Shown in pieces: positions 17,058 through 26,343 of a stretch of DNA of 64,000 bases. This DNA is from a virus, in the IMG/VR virus record IMGVR_UViG_3300045988_185035, one strand, 5' to 3'. The translations under genes and the position numbers were made by a program. Numbering within the stretch: the stretch's first letter is position 1; each line of letters opens with the position of its first letter. The notes under the pieces were generated by a model. It did not search any database. It had not been told where the DNA came from and saw only the letters and a list, made by a program, of their open reading frames with translations.

Positions 17058-18491
17058 TTACATCGTCGGACTTTGCGGCAGCCACTGCTGCGGATAAGCA
17101 CGAAGCAGATTCTTAGGCACGCAATCGCTCAGCGCAGAGTTCTCAGCAAGTGCCATGTCGATGATGTAGTAATCATCACCGTTGCGCATCACATCAACAC
17201 TCCACTGCCCTGTCAGCTCTACGTGCGGAATAACCTTCTTCAGCTCATCCAGAACAATCTGGACACTCTCCTTGTAGCGCTTTTCCAGCACATCCTCGTG
17301 CATCTGGTAGATAACGTAGTCGTGCCGTTCCTGCGGACTGCTCACTTCCTGGAATTTGCCCTTCATCACATCGCTGCGCCAGTACGGACTGACGCCGAGA
17401 ATCGTCTTAGCATCGAAGTCCACAAACACGCGGTATTCAGTGTGCAGCGGCAGACCGTTATAGATAGTCGGATTCCCTTCCTTGTCTTTGATATACTCTC
17501 TGACAACCCACTCGTTGGTCGTATTTGCCCCGTAGAAGCAATGCCCATTGCCGGGTGCTGCCATAGAGCAGGTCAGATGGTTCAAAAACAAGAAATACTC
17601 GCCCATCTCACGGACCTCTTGAGGTTCATGGACATGGGCATTGCGGAACTCGTACTTGGAAGAGTACGTGCCGGTTTTGATGAAGTAGTCGCCATCATCG
17701 TCCAGATGGAAGATTCTCTTGCAGTAACGATTCACAATCGCTTTCGTCACGGGATTAAGCGTCTCAAAGCCGAGTCTCGTGAGTTGGAGCATCGTGATGG
17801 GCACATGCAAGAGTTTTGTCTCCGGCACCTTGAAGAACTTGTTGCCGTCCAAGGCAGCAACCAGTGGCGGCAGCCAGTAGCTCATCGTGTTCGGATTCAT
17901 TTCAAGCATTTGATATGTGATGTCATCGAGGTCCAGAATGTCGAGGCCCTGGCGGAACACGTGATACTGCATCGCTTTGTTTCGGTCGTTTCTCGCATCG
18001 AGATACGCCTTGTAATGGCTGAGCAGCACCTTATAAGACGGTTCCGAAATGTCAATCTTCATCAGATTGCCGGTCAGCTGCGGCCGAAGTTCTTCCGGGA
18101 ACTTCTTGAGGTCCTCATTCGTAACCGGCGGAAGGATATGCTGGTTTGTGGAATATCGAACATAATAGCCTCCACGCTCCGGCTCATAGATGTACATTCT
18201 GGTGTTGTCCATCAGCTCGGCAACGATTTTGTCAATGAGATTGTCCAGCTCTTTCGTAAAAGGCACGCTCTTATCGAGCATTGCCTTTACGGTTGCGGTA
18301 TCCCACTGGAGAAGGTTTTCGGACAGTGCGCCACTTTCCAGCACTTGGGTCCTGTAGACATCTTCAAAGGTCTTGAGCGCATCAGGGCTCGTTTTCAGCA
18401 TCGATGCAAGCTCCTCATAGGAAAACGACTCATTTTCCTTCTTTGAGAGCATCGCGCCGATTTGAGCAAGCATATCGTTGAGGTGAGCCAT
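17058..18491 (-). CDS. putative ATP-grasp fold enzyme (477 aa)
   Basis: C-terminal half shows ATP-grasp-like motifs: YFIKTGTYSSKYEFRN, EWVVREYI, EYRVFVDFD, DYYIIDMALAENS. Confidence 0.5.
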   Translation of the reverse strand: MAHLNDMLAQIGAMLSKKENESFSYEELASMLKTSPDALKTFEDVYRTQVLESGALSENLLQWDTATVKAMLDKSVPFTKELDNLIDKIVAELMDNTRMYIYEPERGGYYVRYSTNQHILPPVTNEDLKKFPEELRPQLTGNLMKIDISEPSYKVLLSHYKAYLDARNDRNKAMQYHVFRQGLDILDLDDITYQMLEMNPNTMSYWLPPLVAALDGNKFFKVPETKLLHVPITMLQLTRLGFETLNPVTKAIVNRYCKRIFHLDDDGDYFIKTGTYSSKYEFRNAHVHEPQEVREMGEYFLFLNHLTCSMAAPGNGHCFYGANTTNEWVVREYIKDKEGNPTIYNGLPLHTEYRVFVDFDAKTILGVSPYWRSDVMKGKFQEVSSPQERHDYVIYQMHEDVLEKRYKESVQIVLDELKKVIPHVELTGQWSVDVMRNGDDYYIIDMALAENSALSDCVPKNLLRAYPQQWLPQSPTM

Positions 18492-18823
18492 CAGTAGCCC
18501 TCCTCATCGGAAATTTCATCTGCCGTCAGGTTTTCGTTGAAGTCCACGGTCAAATCAGCAACCGGCGCGTCCAGCTTTTTAAGGCCGAACGACTCATAGA
18601 AGCCATCAGGAATCTCGGCCGCATCACCCCAGTTGAAGTAGCCACTGTTGAGTCGCAGCGTCTTTTTGCCTTCTTCGGTATCCAGATAAGACTTTACGGC
18701 GTTGCGTACTTGCGTGAGAACGTCATACGCTTTTTCAGAGTCATACTCAAACTGCAACATGGTCGTCTCGGTGCTGAATGGGCCGATGATTTCGTTTGCT
18801 GCGATAGTAAAAATTTTAGTCAT
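18491..18823 (-). CDS. hypothetical acidic protein (110 aa)
   Basis: AAAGGAGTGTATTTACC-ATG; preceded by a leader hairpin plus U-tract and the promoter motif. Confidence 0.55.
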   Translation of the reverse strand: MTKIFTIAANEIIGPFSTETTMLQFEYDSEKAYDVLTQVRNAVKSYLDTEEGKKTLRLNSGYFNWGDAAEIPDGFYESFGLKKLDAPVADLTVDFNENLTADEISDEEGY

Positions 18824-18850
18824 GGTAAATACACTCCTTTGTTTTGACGC

Positions 18851-18888
18851 AAAAAGAGCGGGCCTCCCGCGTGGGAAGTCCGCTCTTC
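18851..18888 (-). terminator. leader hairpin plus U-tract (terminator-like) between the promoter motif and the start codon
   Basis: Minus strand AAGAGCGGACTTCCCACGCGGGAGGCCCGCTCTTTTTG lies 25 nt upstream of the ATG at 18823. Confidence 0.5.
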
Positions 18889-18949
18889 AAGCGAAATTGT
18901 GAATACGAAGGGCAAGTCGCCTTTTCGATTATGTTATCTATCGTACACT

Positions 18950-18987
18950 TTTATCTTATGCAATTCGCATATTTTGACAACCAAGTG
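18950..18987 (-). promoter_or_regulatory. sigma70-like promoter TTGTCA-N16-TAAGAT with GCGAATTGC spacer
   Basis: Minus strand TTGTCAAAATATGCGAATTGCATAAGAT. Confidence 0.5.
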
Positions 18988-19152
18988 CTTTTGTTGGATG
19001 AATGACTGGATACGAGTGGCATCGTCATATTCGAGATGAAGGGTCGCGTTTACCATATTAGTAATAGATTGGATTGGTTATTGGATAGAATTGGATAGAT
19101 TTTGTATTGCTATGAGTTAATATCTAATCAAGAACGGAACAGTTGATACCCT

Positions 19153-20310
19153 TTACGGCTTGCAATACCCGCAAGGTGTATAGCCCTGCTCGATTAGGTC
19201 ATCGCGGGAACCTGTATAGTCTTTGCGGTTTGCATCGCTCATTTGAGCTACGGCGGAGCAGTCAGGCTTATGAAATTTCATAGAGTTTGTGTTCAGGACA
19301 TAGGTACTGACCGTCGTATTCTTTTGCTGTGACTCCTCGACCTCGACTGTATCGGTGGTAGTGCTTCCTGCCGCCTGGTGATATTCGCCATAGGTGAAAG
19401 AAACGTCTTTACCATCTGAGGTGCAGTAGATGTCTCCCATCTCGTCAGTTCTGAAAACCTCAATGTCTTTGCTCTGGAGCTTTGCCAAAGTGATGTCGTG
19501 TGGATGACCATAGCTGTTGTCCTTGCCACAGGAAATAACAGCATAGGCTGGATTCACTGTGTCGAGGAACGCTTCGGATGTGGAGGTTCGAGAACCATGA
19601 TGCCCTACCTTCAGAACAGTAGATTGGATGTCTTGTCCAGACTGTAGGATAACATCTTCGGCAGGCTCTTCTGCATCACCCGTAAACAAGAATGAGGTTT
19701 CTCCATATACGATGCGTAGGACAATGGAGGTATTGTTGGTATCATCCGGCACTGAGTTCACGGCGATAACAGTCACTTCGGCATCGCCAAGGGAGAATGT
19801 ATCCCCTACCGACGGAATCGTAAGGCCGTTGCCTCTTTCTTCCGCTCGCTGCTTGAAGTTCCGAAAAGCTTTACTGTCGTACTCTGTGACAGGGCAATAC
19901 GTGACATCAGCCGTCACGGCTTCGAATGCACCGGAAAGACCTCCGATATGGTCTTCATGGGCGTGCGTGCCAACAACATAATCCAGATGTCCGTCTGTCT
20001 CACGTTCCAGAACAGAATATACGAGGTCAGAATCATCAACATTGCCACCGTCAATGAGCATCGAATGCCCATCACAGGTAACAAGAGCAGAGTCCGCCTG
20101 CCCCACATCAATGAAGTGGATAGTAAAGCTGCCGTCTTCCGTTACGCCAGCCGTCTGCTCGCTGTCAGAGACAGGACTTTCTGAGACGACCCCGGATACA
20201 GGAAGACTACCCGAATCAATCGGGGTCTGACCGCAGCCTGCGAAGCTGAGGGTGAAGAGTGCCGCAATCGCTGCCGCTGCTCTCCGCAAGAATGTGTTTT
20301 TGCTTTGCAT
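19153..20310 (-). CDS. MBL-fold metallo-hydrolase lipoprotein (ComEC/Rec2-type beta-lactamase domain) with C-terminal Ada-like Cys-rich zinc-binding motif
   Basis: Lipobox LSFAGC; THAHEDHIGG and later HHGSR motifs; C-terminal KFHKPDC...GYTPCGYCKP. Confidence 0.75.
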   Translation of the reverse strand: MQSKNTFLRRAAAAIAALFTLSFAGCGQTPIDSGSLPVSGVVSESPVSDSEQTAGVTEDGSFTIHFIDVGQADSALVTCDGHSMLIDGGNVDDSDLVYSVLERETDGHLDYVVGTHAHEDHIGGLSGAFEAVTADVTYCPVTEYDSKAFRNFKQRAEERGNGLTIPSVGDTFSLGDAEVTVIAVNSVPDDTNNTSIVLRIVYGETSFLFTGDAEEPAEDVILQSGQDIQSTVLKVGHHGSRTSTSEAFLDTVNPAYAVISCGKDNSYGHPHDITLAKLQSKDIEVFRTDEMGDIYCTSDGKDVSFTYGEYHQAAGSTTTDTVEVEESQQKNTTVSTYVLNTNSMKFHKPDCSAVAQMSDANRKDYTGSRDDLIEQGYTPCGYCKP

Positions 20311-20342
20311 TGGAAATTTCTCTTTTCAAATAAAAAAGAGCG

Positions 20343-20385
20343 GGCCTACCCCGGAATGGGATAAGTCCGCTCTTAAAACAGATTG
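20343..20385 (-). terminator. leader hairpin plus U-tract upstream of the MBL lipoprotein gene
   Basis: Minus strand AAGAGCGGACTTATCCCATTCCGGGGTAGGCCCGCTCTTTTTTATTTG. Confidence 0.5.
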
Positions 20386-20474
20386 TGAACGATAGAAAAT
20401 CGTAACATCTTTATGTGTTTGGTATCTATCGTACAATCAATATTGTAGTCAATTCGAAAGGAATGGCAAGGCCT

Positions 20475-20696
20475 TCACTTTTGGTTATGGGACACTTTAA
20501 GGTCAGCATAAATGCAGCACCCAATAAGACCCAGGCTGCAGATACATCCAAGTGCTATATGGCGAGGATAAAGAATAAGCCAAGTGGGGTCAGTCATCGC
20601 CTTTGCCCAAAAAAGAACGTCCGACAAAGCAATGGTGAGCGGAATGATAATGGTCTTTGTGACCTTCCAGATTTTCAGTAGTTTTTCCTTTGACAT
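20475..20696 (-). CDS. small membrane protein (73 aa, two predicted TM helices)
   Basis: AGGAG ribosome-binding site; hydrophobic segments. Confidence 0.5.
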   Translation of the reverse strand: MSKEKLLKIWKVTKTIIIPLTIALSDVLFWAKAMTDPTWLILYPRHIALGCICSLGLIGCCIYADLKVSHNQK

Positions 20697-20708
20697 CTTT
20701 TGGCACTC

Positions 20709-21482
20709 CTAAGCAGACAGCGTGGCTCTGACGACATAGCGTTGGTTTGTGGTTTGGTAGTATCCGAACGGATAGCAGGTATACATCACGAGCCGGTCGG
20801 TGGTGTCCGAAAGGTCCACAAGAATGGTTCCATCATCGGCCACCACAGTGCTTGCATCTTCCGTTACGGTTCCGGGCCTAGCGGAATCTATCGTATATAC
20901 GTATTGTCCGTAGTCTGTAGTGACCACAAATTCGTCTCCAATACTCACGTATTGAAGCAAAGCCAAAGTGCTGTCGTTATGAGAGCAAAGAAGATGGCAA
21001 CCACCGTACCCGACCTGATAGGAGCCTGTGTACTGATATACACCGCTGCGGCTGTCGAGGAGAGCTTGGTCATCGCCCCAGATAAGGGAAGCGTTGATAC
21101 CTACGCTGCTGCATGAGACTGTCCCGTAGGAAGCGCCATACGTGGCAGGCACCACATCACCCCATACGCTGGTCGTGAGTGGAACCGAAGTATCTGTAGG
21201 GACCGGTGTTGGTGCTTCTGTCGGTTCAGGCGTCTGTGTAGGAGTAGGCTCTGGTGCAGCTGTTGGTTTCGACAAAGGAGCATGAGGTGTGGGTTCCGGG
21301 ATGCTGTCGGTGCTTAGATAAATCGCATCATTCGCTGTCTCAGCCGTTGCCGCTGATTCCGTTGTGCTGGCAAAAGAGTCTGGTGGTACTGATACGGGAG
21401 TAGATGCACTACTCGCGCAAGCTGTGGCAAAGGTCAGTACGCCTACTGCCACAGCAGTTATCACTGCTTTTGTCCGTCTCAT
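20709..21482 (-). CDS. lipoprotein with Ser/Thr/Pro-rich linker and a C-terminal sortase-like transpeptidase domain
   Basis: Lipobox FATAC; C-terminal CHLLCSHND ... LVMYTCYP ... RYVVRA resembles the sortase His / TLxTC / Arg arrangement; low-confidence fold assignment. Confidence 0.5.
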   Translation of the reverse strand: MRRTKAVITAVAVGVLTFATACASSASTPVSVPPDSFASTTESAATAETANDAIYLSTDSIPEPTPHAPLSKPTAAPEPTPTQTPEPTEAPTPVPTDTSVPLTTSVWGDVVPATYGASYGTVSCSSVGINASLIWGDDQALLDSRSGVYQYTGSYQVGYGGCHLLCSHNDSTLALLQYVSIGDEFVVTTDYGQYVYTIDSARPGTVTEDASTVVADDGTILVDLSDTTDRLVMYTCYPFGYYQTTNQRYVVRATLSA

Positions 21483-21524
21483 ATAACAAGTCCTTTCTGG
21501 TCGTTAGTAAAAATCAAAGCTGCC

Positions 21525-22190
21525 TCAATGCTTAACGAATCGAGGCAGCTTTTTGGCAACGGACATGATAAGCCATTTTTGCGTTTCTTCTGAGAGTTGG
21601 TGCGGTTTGCACTCTACCTTCTTGCGGATACCATAGGTGCTTTCACCGTCATAGTAAATCAGGACACCGATGCCATCGGGAATTTCGCCTTTCACTTTTT
21701 TATAGAGAGCCGTCGGCATAGCATAGTAGTTGCAATGCCCTACAAAGTTGTGCCCGTGGTCAGAGTGAAAGTCCCCTACTGAGATTTTAATTTCTACACA
21801 GGTGATGACGGTATCAATCGTGTAGAGATGCTCTGTCTTATACAACCTACAGAACCGCTCGGTGCAAGGTTCGTTGCGAAAATTCCAGTTGGAGATGTCC
21901 TTCGGACAATTCACTTCCTGCGTCCATTGTTCGATAGACGGCATAACGAGGTCTTTATCCTCGTCGGAGTACATCGACAATTTGCAAGTTCCACACTTTG
22001 TCTCAGAAGTAAAACACTCCTGCACACGGACGAAATCTACAAGCCCAGAGCGTGTCGTGCCGCACTCCACAGGCACTTCAAGAGCATCGAAGCCCTGGCG
22101 GAATGTATCCGTTCTATACCCGCCGTAGTTGGTTGGATTCCAGTTATGGAGCGCCACCTCAATTTCGCGGGTCAATTGTGTTTTAGCCAC
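21525..22190 (-). CDS. hypothetical Cys/His-rich protein (221 aa), possibly nuclease-like
   Basis: Six-frame ORF; several CxxC motifs; ITCVEIKISVGDF gives a weak PD-(D/E)xK hint. Confidence 0.45.
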   Translation of the reverse strand: MAKTQLTREIEVALHNWNPTNYGGYRTDTFRQGFDALEVPVECGTTRSGLVDFVRVQECFTSETKCGTCKLSMYSDEDKDLVMPSIEQWTQEVNCPKDISNWNFRNEPCTERFCRLYKTEHLYTIDTVITCVEIKISVGDFHSDHGHNFVGHCNYYAMPTALYKKVKGEIPDGIGVLIYYDGESTYGIRKKVECKPHQLSEETQKWLIMSVAKKLPRFVKH

Positions 22191-22334
22191 TTGTGTTTAC
22201 CTCAGAATATCATGGCCCAGCTGAATCATCTTTTTACGCTTTTTGTGCAAAGAGACAAGATGCGCAACGGCAGCTGCGACACCGGCTACCATTACGATTT
22301 TCAGGAATTTCTTCATGGGGGTTCTCCTTTCAGG

Positions 22335-23201
22335 TTACGCCTTTTTCTTGGCCTTTTTGGTTTCGGGCTTTACGATACGTCCCGTGGCATCGTAGATGTT
22401 ATACGGAAAATCACCGTCATTGATGCGCTTTGCGACACGCTGGCCGGTGGCAGTCTTATAATACTGGTTCAGACGATTCGCAGTACGGTAGAAGGCATAT
22501 TTTGCATACTGCGTGCCGGTCTTAGAGGTGTTGTTGCGAATCAGGTCATCACGCAGCATGACGGCATAGTGCTCGGCTTCATTGGTCGTGAAACCGCTAT
22601 AGAAAACTTCGAGAAACTTGGAGATATAGGCTTCGGGCACATCGTTTATCGCTGCCACAATCATGGCGGCGGTGATACCGGCGGAAGACAGGCCACGCAT
22701 CGAACCACGCTTAATATGGCTCGTGACCATCTCAATCTGAGGCCGATACTTGGCGAGCCACTCGGTCAAGTCTTCCTCATGGCTTAAATTGGAGCCGGAA
22801 AACATACGGCCGATAAGGTTGGCTGCCGAGAGAATTGTTTTGTCGGTCCAACTCATGTCGTAGTCTGACATCTGGACACGGTTCGCCATCGAGCGGCTGT
22901 TGCCGGAGTCGATGTGCTGAGACTTGGGCGCATTGAAGGTCACGTTCATGCGCACAGTGACACCGGATTCTACCACCGCCATCAGCCGGTGCTGACCATC
23001 GACCAACGTGCCATCGGTGGCAATCGCAATGCCCTGATGAGTCGTGTCCCAGTGACCCTCGCGCATATCCTTTGCCATTTTCTTGACCTTGGCAAAGTTC
23101 ACGTTGCGGTTATTGGTGTTCTTCTCCAGCCACTGCTTTGCCAGTGCGGGCGTAACGACATAGCCGTCACGAGTATGCTGTTCAAAATTATAACGTCCCA
23201 T
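22335..23201 (-). CDS. ParB-like nuclease domain protein (ParB/Srx N-terminal domain)
   Basis: LVDGQHRLMAV motif; start MGRYNFEQ with GGAAGGAA ribosome-binding site. Confidence 0.7.
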   Translation of the reverse strand: MGRYNFEQHTRDGYVVTPALAKQWLEKNTNNRNVNFAKVKKMAKDMREGHWDTTHQGIAIATDGTLVDGQHRLMAVVESGVTVRMNVTFNAPKSQHIDSGNSRSMANRVQMSDYDMSWTDKTILSAANLIGRMFSGSNLSHEEDLTEWLAKYRPQIEMVTSHIKRGSMRGLSSAGITAAMIVAAINDVPEAYISKFLEVFYSGFTTNEAEHYAVMLRDDLIRNNTSKTGTQYAKYAFYRTANRLNQYYKTATGQRVAKRINDGDFPYNIYDATGRIVKPETKKAKKKA

Positions 23202-23278
23202 TGTGATTCCTTCCTGCCTTATAGGCATGTAATATGACTGATTTATATTTACTGTGATTTGTCGATGAATGAGATGGA

Positions 23279-23785
23279 TTAGATGACGGGCTTTTCCGCA
23301 GAATACTGCCGATTGACCAGTTCCTGTGTACTCATGGCGCAGAACCCTGCATCAGCGGCCGCGTCAACCGCCTTGAAGTAGTCATCCACAAAGAGAATTT
23401 GGGAAGACTCCAAGCCATAGACTTTAGCAAACATCTGCATAACGGTCACTTTGCGTTCCGGGCTGGATGTGCCCAGCATGTCATGGAACTGACCCGGAAA
23501 GTGCATCTCAAGCCACTGCTTTTTGAACGGCAGCGTGATGCTGTCCTGCACAAAAGAGATGCAGTATTTCGGAATGTCGGGGCAGCTCTCAAGGAAGTGC
23601 TGGATGAGGTCATTTGGCTCACCGATTTCATCAAAGATTCGGTAGCCGTCCTTCGTTTCTTTTTCCCGGCGCAGGAGCCGTTCTCTATGTGCTTCGCCCG
23701 TAGAGTCGAGACGCTGTTCCCGATAGTGGATAAGCAGAGTATCATCAAAATCGAAGAACATCATCTTGATTTTTGAAAGGTTCAT
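23279..23785 (-). CDS. HAD-superfamily hydrolase (phosphatase-like)
   Basis: Motif I FFDFDDTLL (DxDxT) and a later FVDD motif. Confidence 0.7.
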   Translation of the reverse strand: MNLSKIKMMFFDFDDTLLIHYREQRLDSTGEAHRERLLRREKETKDGYRIFDEIGEPNDLIQHFLESCPDIPKYCISFVQDSITLPFKKQWLEMHFPGQFHDMLGTSSPERKVTVMQMFAKVYGLESSQILFVDDYFKAVDAAADAGFCAMSTQELVNRQYSAEKPVI

Positions 23786-23798
23786 GTTTCTTTCTCCT

Positions 23799-24086
23799 TT
23801 ATTTGTAGGCAATTTCATGGTTCACGACATCAGACTCCGTCAGAAAGACGTCACTATAGTCGTCATCATCCGTTCCGGCGCAGACCCGGTGTTCATACGG
23901 CATAGAGCCTTCTTGCTCCACATCGATGCGCCAGATACCGTCGGTGTAGTGGACGAACAAAACCGTGTCATCTTCCAGAAAGAGCCAGACACCAGCCACA
24001 TCATAGCAGCCGATTTCATCCTCTGTATAATTTGAATTGTCCAAGCAGACGAGGTCGTCACTCGAACCGTAGATTTTGACCATCAT
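23799..24086 (-). CDS. hypothetical acidic protein (95 aa)
   Basis: Six-frame ORF. Confidence 0.45.
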   Translation of the reverse strand: MMVKIYGSSDDLVCLDNSNYTEDEIGCYDVAGVWLFLEDDTVLFVHYTDGIWRIDVEQEGSMPYEHRVCAGTDDDDYSDVFLTESDVVNHEIAYK

Positions 24087-24099
24087 ATACCTTCCTGCT

Positions 24100-24384
24100 T
24101 TACTTCACGATGCGGTCTTTTACCGCAGCTTCTGCCTCTGCGTACTGCCGAGCATGACTTTTGGCTTCCACCAGCAGAGCATCCTGCTCAACCTGAAGCA
24201 CTGCCTGCATTGAGGTGTGCTGTTTCCGCTTTGCACGTGAAACGGTATGCTGCCTGACCGCCTGGCGGATAGCTGCGTTTGTGTGTTGGATGCTGGCGGT
24301 TTCCTCATGCGAGAAGTCCCTATCTGTACCTCCTTGAAGATTAGACTCGGTTACAGTCTTGGCAAACTCAATAGATGTCGTCAT
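24100..24384 (-). CDS. hypothetical protein (about 94 aa)
   Basis: Internal start MTTSIEF with GGAGGCAGCT-ATG. Confidence 0.5.
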   Translation of the reverse strand: MTTSIEFAKTVTESNLQGGTDRDFSHEETASIQHTNAAIRQAVRQHTVSRAKRKQHTSMQAVLQVEQDALLVEAKSHARQYAEAEAAVKDRIVK

Positions 24385-24991
24385 AGCTGCCTCCGATTCC
24401 GGCCCAAAGAGCTTCATCACTCAAGTCGTTGCGCGGGCACTTAATAATGCCCGCTTCTCTTAAAATTTTTCTTGCTTCATTTGGCGTTAATCCATATTGC
24501 TTGGCAAGATTCGATAGAGACTGATTTGGAATAGCTCTGGCTTGGGCAATCAATCGTCTTTTCCTCTCGGCCCAATCGATTTCGGATTTCTTTGTTTTGG
24601 GTGCAGAGCGAACGGTTCTCTCGAAGTTGATTTCGAGGTCTTTTTGGTACTTCTTCGCGATTGCCTGAATGCCGCTGCTGGTCATGCCCCACTTTTCGGC
24701 GATGGTATTATAGGGCACACCATTTATGTAATCTTCGTAGATTTCCTTGTTTCTGGCACGCTTTGCCTGTGTGTTTCTTTGCCAGTTAAGGCGTGTCTTT
24801 TCCAAGCCGTATTCAGAGTCTGAACGAAGGATTTGTACAATCCTATAGCCAGACACGCCATATTTATCGGCCAAATCCACGACACACACGCCATCTATAT
24901 AATCTCGGTAAATCGCGTCATTACGTTCTTTCAAGGATTTATGGACGTCGTTATGTCTTGGCTTCATCTTAGTATCGCTATTTCCCATCAC
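24368..24991 (-). CDS. DNA-binding protein with three helix-turn-helix repeats
   Basis: Three HTH-like segments (IYRDYIDGVCVVDLADKYGVSGYRIVQIL; IYEDYINGVPYNTIAEKWGMTSSGIQAI; SLSNLAKQYGLTPNEARKILREAG). Confidence 0.55.
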   Translation of the reverse strand: MMGNSDTKMKPRHNDVHKSLKERNDAIYRDYIDGVCVVDLADKYGVSGYRIVQILRSDSEYGLEKTRLNWQRNTQAKRARNKEIYEDYINGVPYNTIAEKWGMTSSGIQAIAKKYQKDLEINFERTVRSAPKTKKSEIDWAERKRRLIAQARAIPNQSLSNLAKQYGLTPNEARKILREAGIIKCPRNDLSDEALWAGIGGSYDDIY

Positions 24992-26343
24992 AGACCTCCA
25001 AACGAAAGCTGCTCGCCCGTGGTCTGAGGCTTTGCTTCACTCTTTTCTTTCTTCTTGGAACCAAAACTGCCACCGTTGCGCCGCTTATAGCCATAGCCCT
25101 TGTGCGCAGCCTGAACGGATTTGTACCCATACCCGTTTGCATCGTCCAGCACAGTGTTGGAATCCTCTTCCATGATGACGTAGCGTACATCACCAGGTTT
25201 AGACAGCTTAGAGGAGCGAATAACTCGATAGTCGGCCGGGAACGCTTCTTTTTCTTTCTTATACTGCTCTTCCCCATCCTTCCACCAGCCAACAGGTTCA
25301 GAATCATACGTCTTACGCTCCGGCGGCAGACGCGTGTACTGGGAGAAGTCATAGGGCTCCGTAGCGGTTTCTTCTGCGACTTTGACATCTACGCCCATGC
25401 TCTGTAGACTGTTCAGCATTTGCTCGAAACTGTCAGCCGGGTTCAAAACAACCTGTTTCGGGGCTTGAGCCGGGCTGTACTGGGTGACAGGCTTCGGGCG
25501 CTTCTTCTCGCGGACTTTCCAGACCTTGAGAAGCTGACGTTCGTTGAAGTCGATGACCAAGCCGCAGTCTTTGAGCATCTTGCGAACTACATAGGTAGAG
25601 AAGGTTGAATAGCCTGAATACGGGCCGACATGGTTCTCAATATCGACTGCCACGCAAGACATCTGATGCTCAAACTCTGCATGGTCATCAAGCCACTGTT
25701 CGATGACATGGAGGAGTTCTTTCTTGTTGACCGATTCTTCCGCGGCTTTCTTATTCTGTTTCACGTATGCTTCGCAGGCTGCCAGAATCGTGTCATATCC
25801 GTTTACTGCCGTGCCATCCACGATAGAGCGGGTTCCGGCATCCAGGATGACATACTGCTCACCCTGCTTGATAATAGCAACGCCTTCGTCCTGCGGCGTT
25901 TCCTCTACAATGTTGCCGCCGGTATCAAATTCAGGCAGCGAAGTGTCGGACATAACTCGGTCAAGAATCGTATCGAGGCTTTGGGAGTAGTCTTTCTCCA
26001 GATTGTAGGAGAGAGCTTCCGTATAGACGCCCTTTGTGATACACTTCACCACTGCGTTCAAAAACGCCGTGCGGTCCGGAATTTCGACTTCATACATCGT
26101 GTTATCCCGAATGTTCCAAAGTACACCGGTAGGCAGGCCTGTAGCGAGCATATAGCAAGCGCACTGGATGAAATGCTTGTGAGCAAGGCTCGACACAAAT
26201 TTAAGGCAATAAACTTTATTATCTTTGACTACATCGGCCATACCGCTGACGATAAGCGATGTGACAGGCTGCTTCAGCTCATCCTGTTCAACCACAAGGT
26301 TTAACTCAGCACGTTCCTGAACCTCTTCGTCATGCGTGAACAT
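24988..26343 (-). CDS. hypothetical protein (up to 451 aa; true start probably internal)
   Basis: Six-frame ORF overlapping the 3' end of the helicase gene by 43 nt. Confidence 0.5.
   Translation of the reverse strand: MFTHDEEVQERAELNLVVEQDELKQPVTSLIVSGMADVVKDNKVYCLKFVSSLAHKHFIQCACYMLATGLPTGVLWNIRDNTMYEVEIPDRTAFLNAVVKCITKGVYTEALSYNLEKDYSQSLDTILDRVMSDTSLPEFDTGGNIVEETPQDEGVAIIKQGEQYVILDAGTRSIVDGTAVNGYDTILAACEAYVKQNKKAAEESVNKKELLHVIEQWLDDHAEFEHQMSCVAVDIENHVGPYSGYSTFSTYVVRKMLKDCGLVIDFNERQLLKVWKVREKKRPKPVTQYSPAQAPKQVVLNPADSFEQMLNSLQSMGVDVKVAEETATEPYDFSQYTRLPPERKTYDSEPVGWWKDGEEQYKKEKEAFPADYRVIRSSKLSKPGDVRYVIMEEDSNTVLDDANGYGYKSVQAAHKGYGYKRRNGGSFGSKKKEKSEAKPQTTGEQLSFGGL

Noticed and set aside
16539-18446. 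635-aa plus-strand ORF spanning two minus-strand genes
   Set aside because: Shadow ORF opposite the ATP-grasp-like gene and its neighbour. It has no ribosome-binding site or promoter, and the minus-strand genes have clear ribosome-binding sites and coherent domains.
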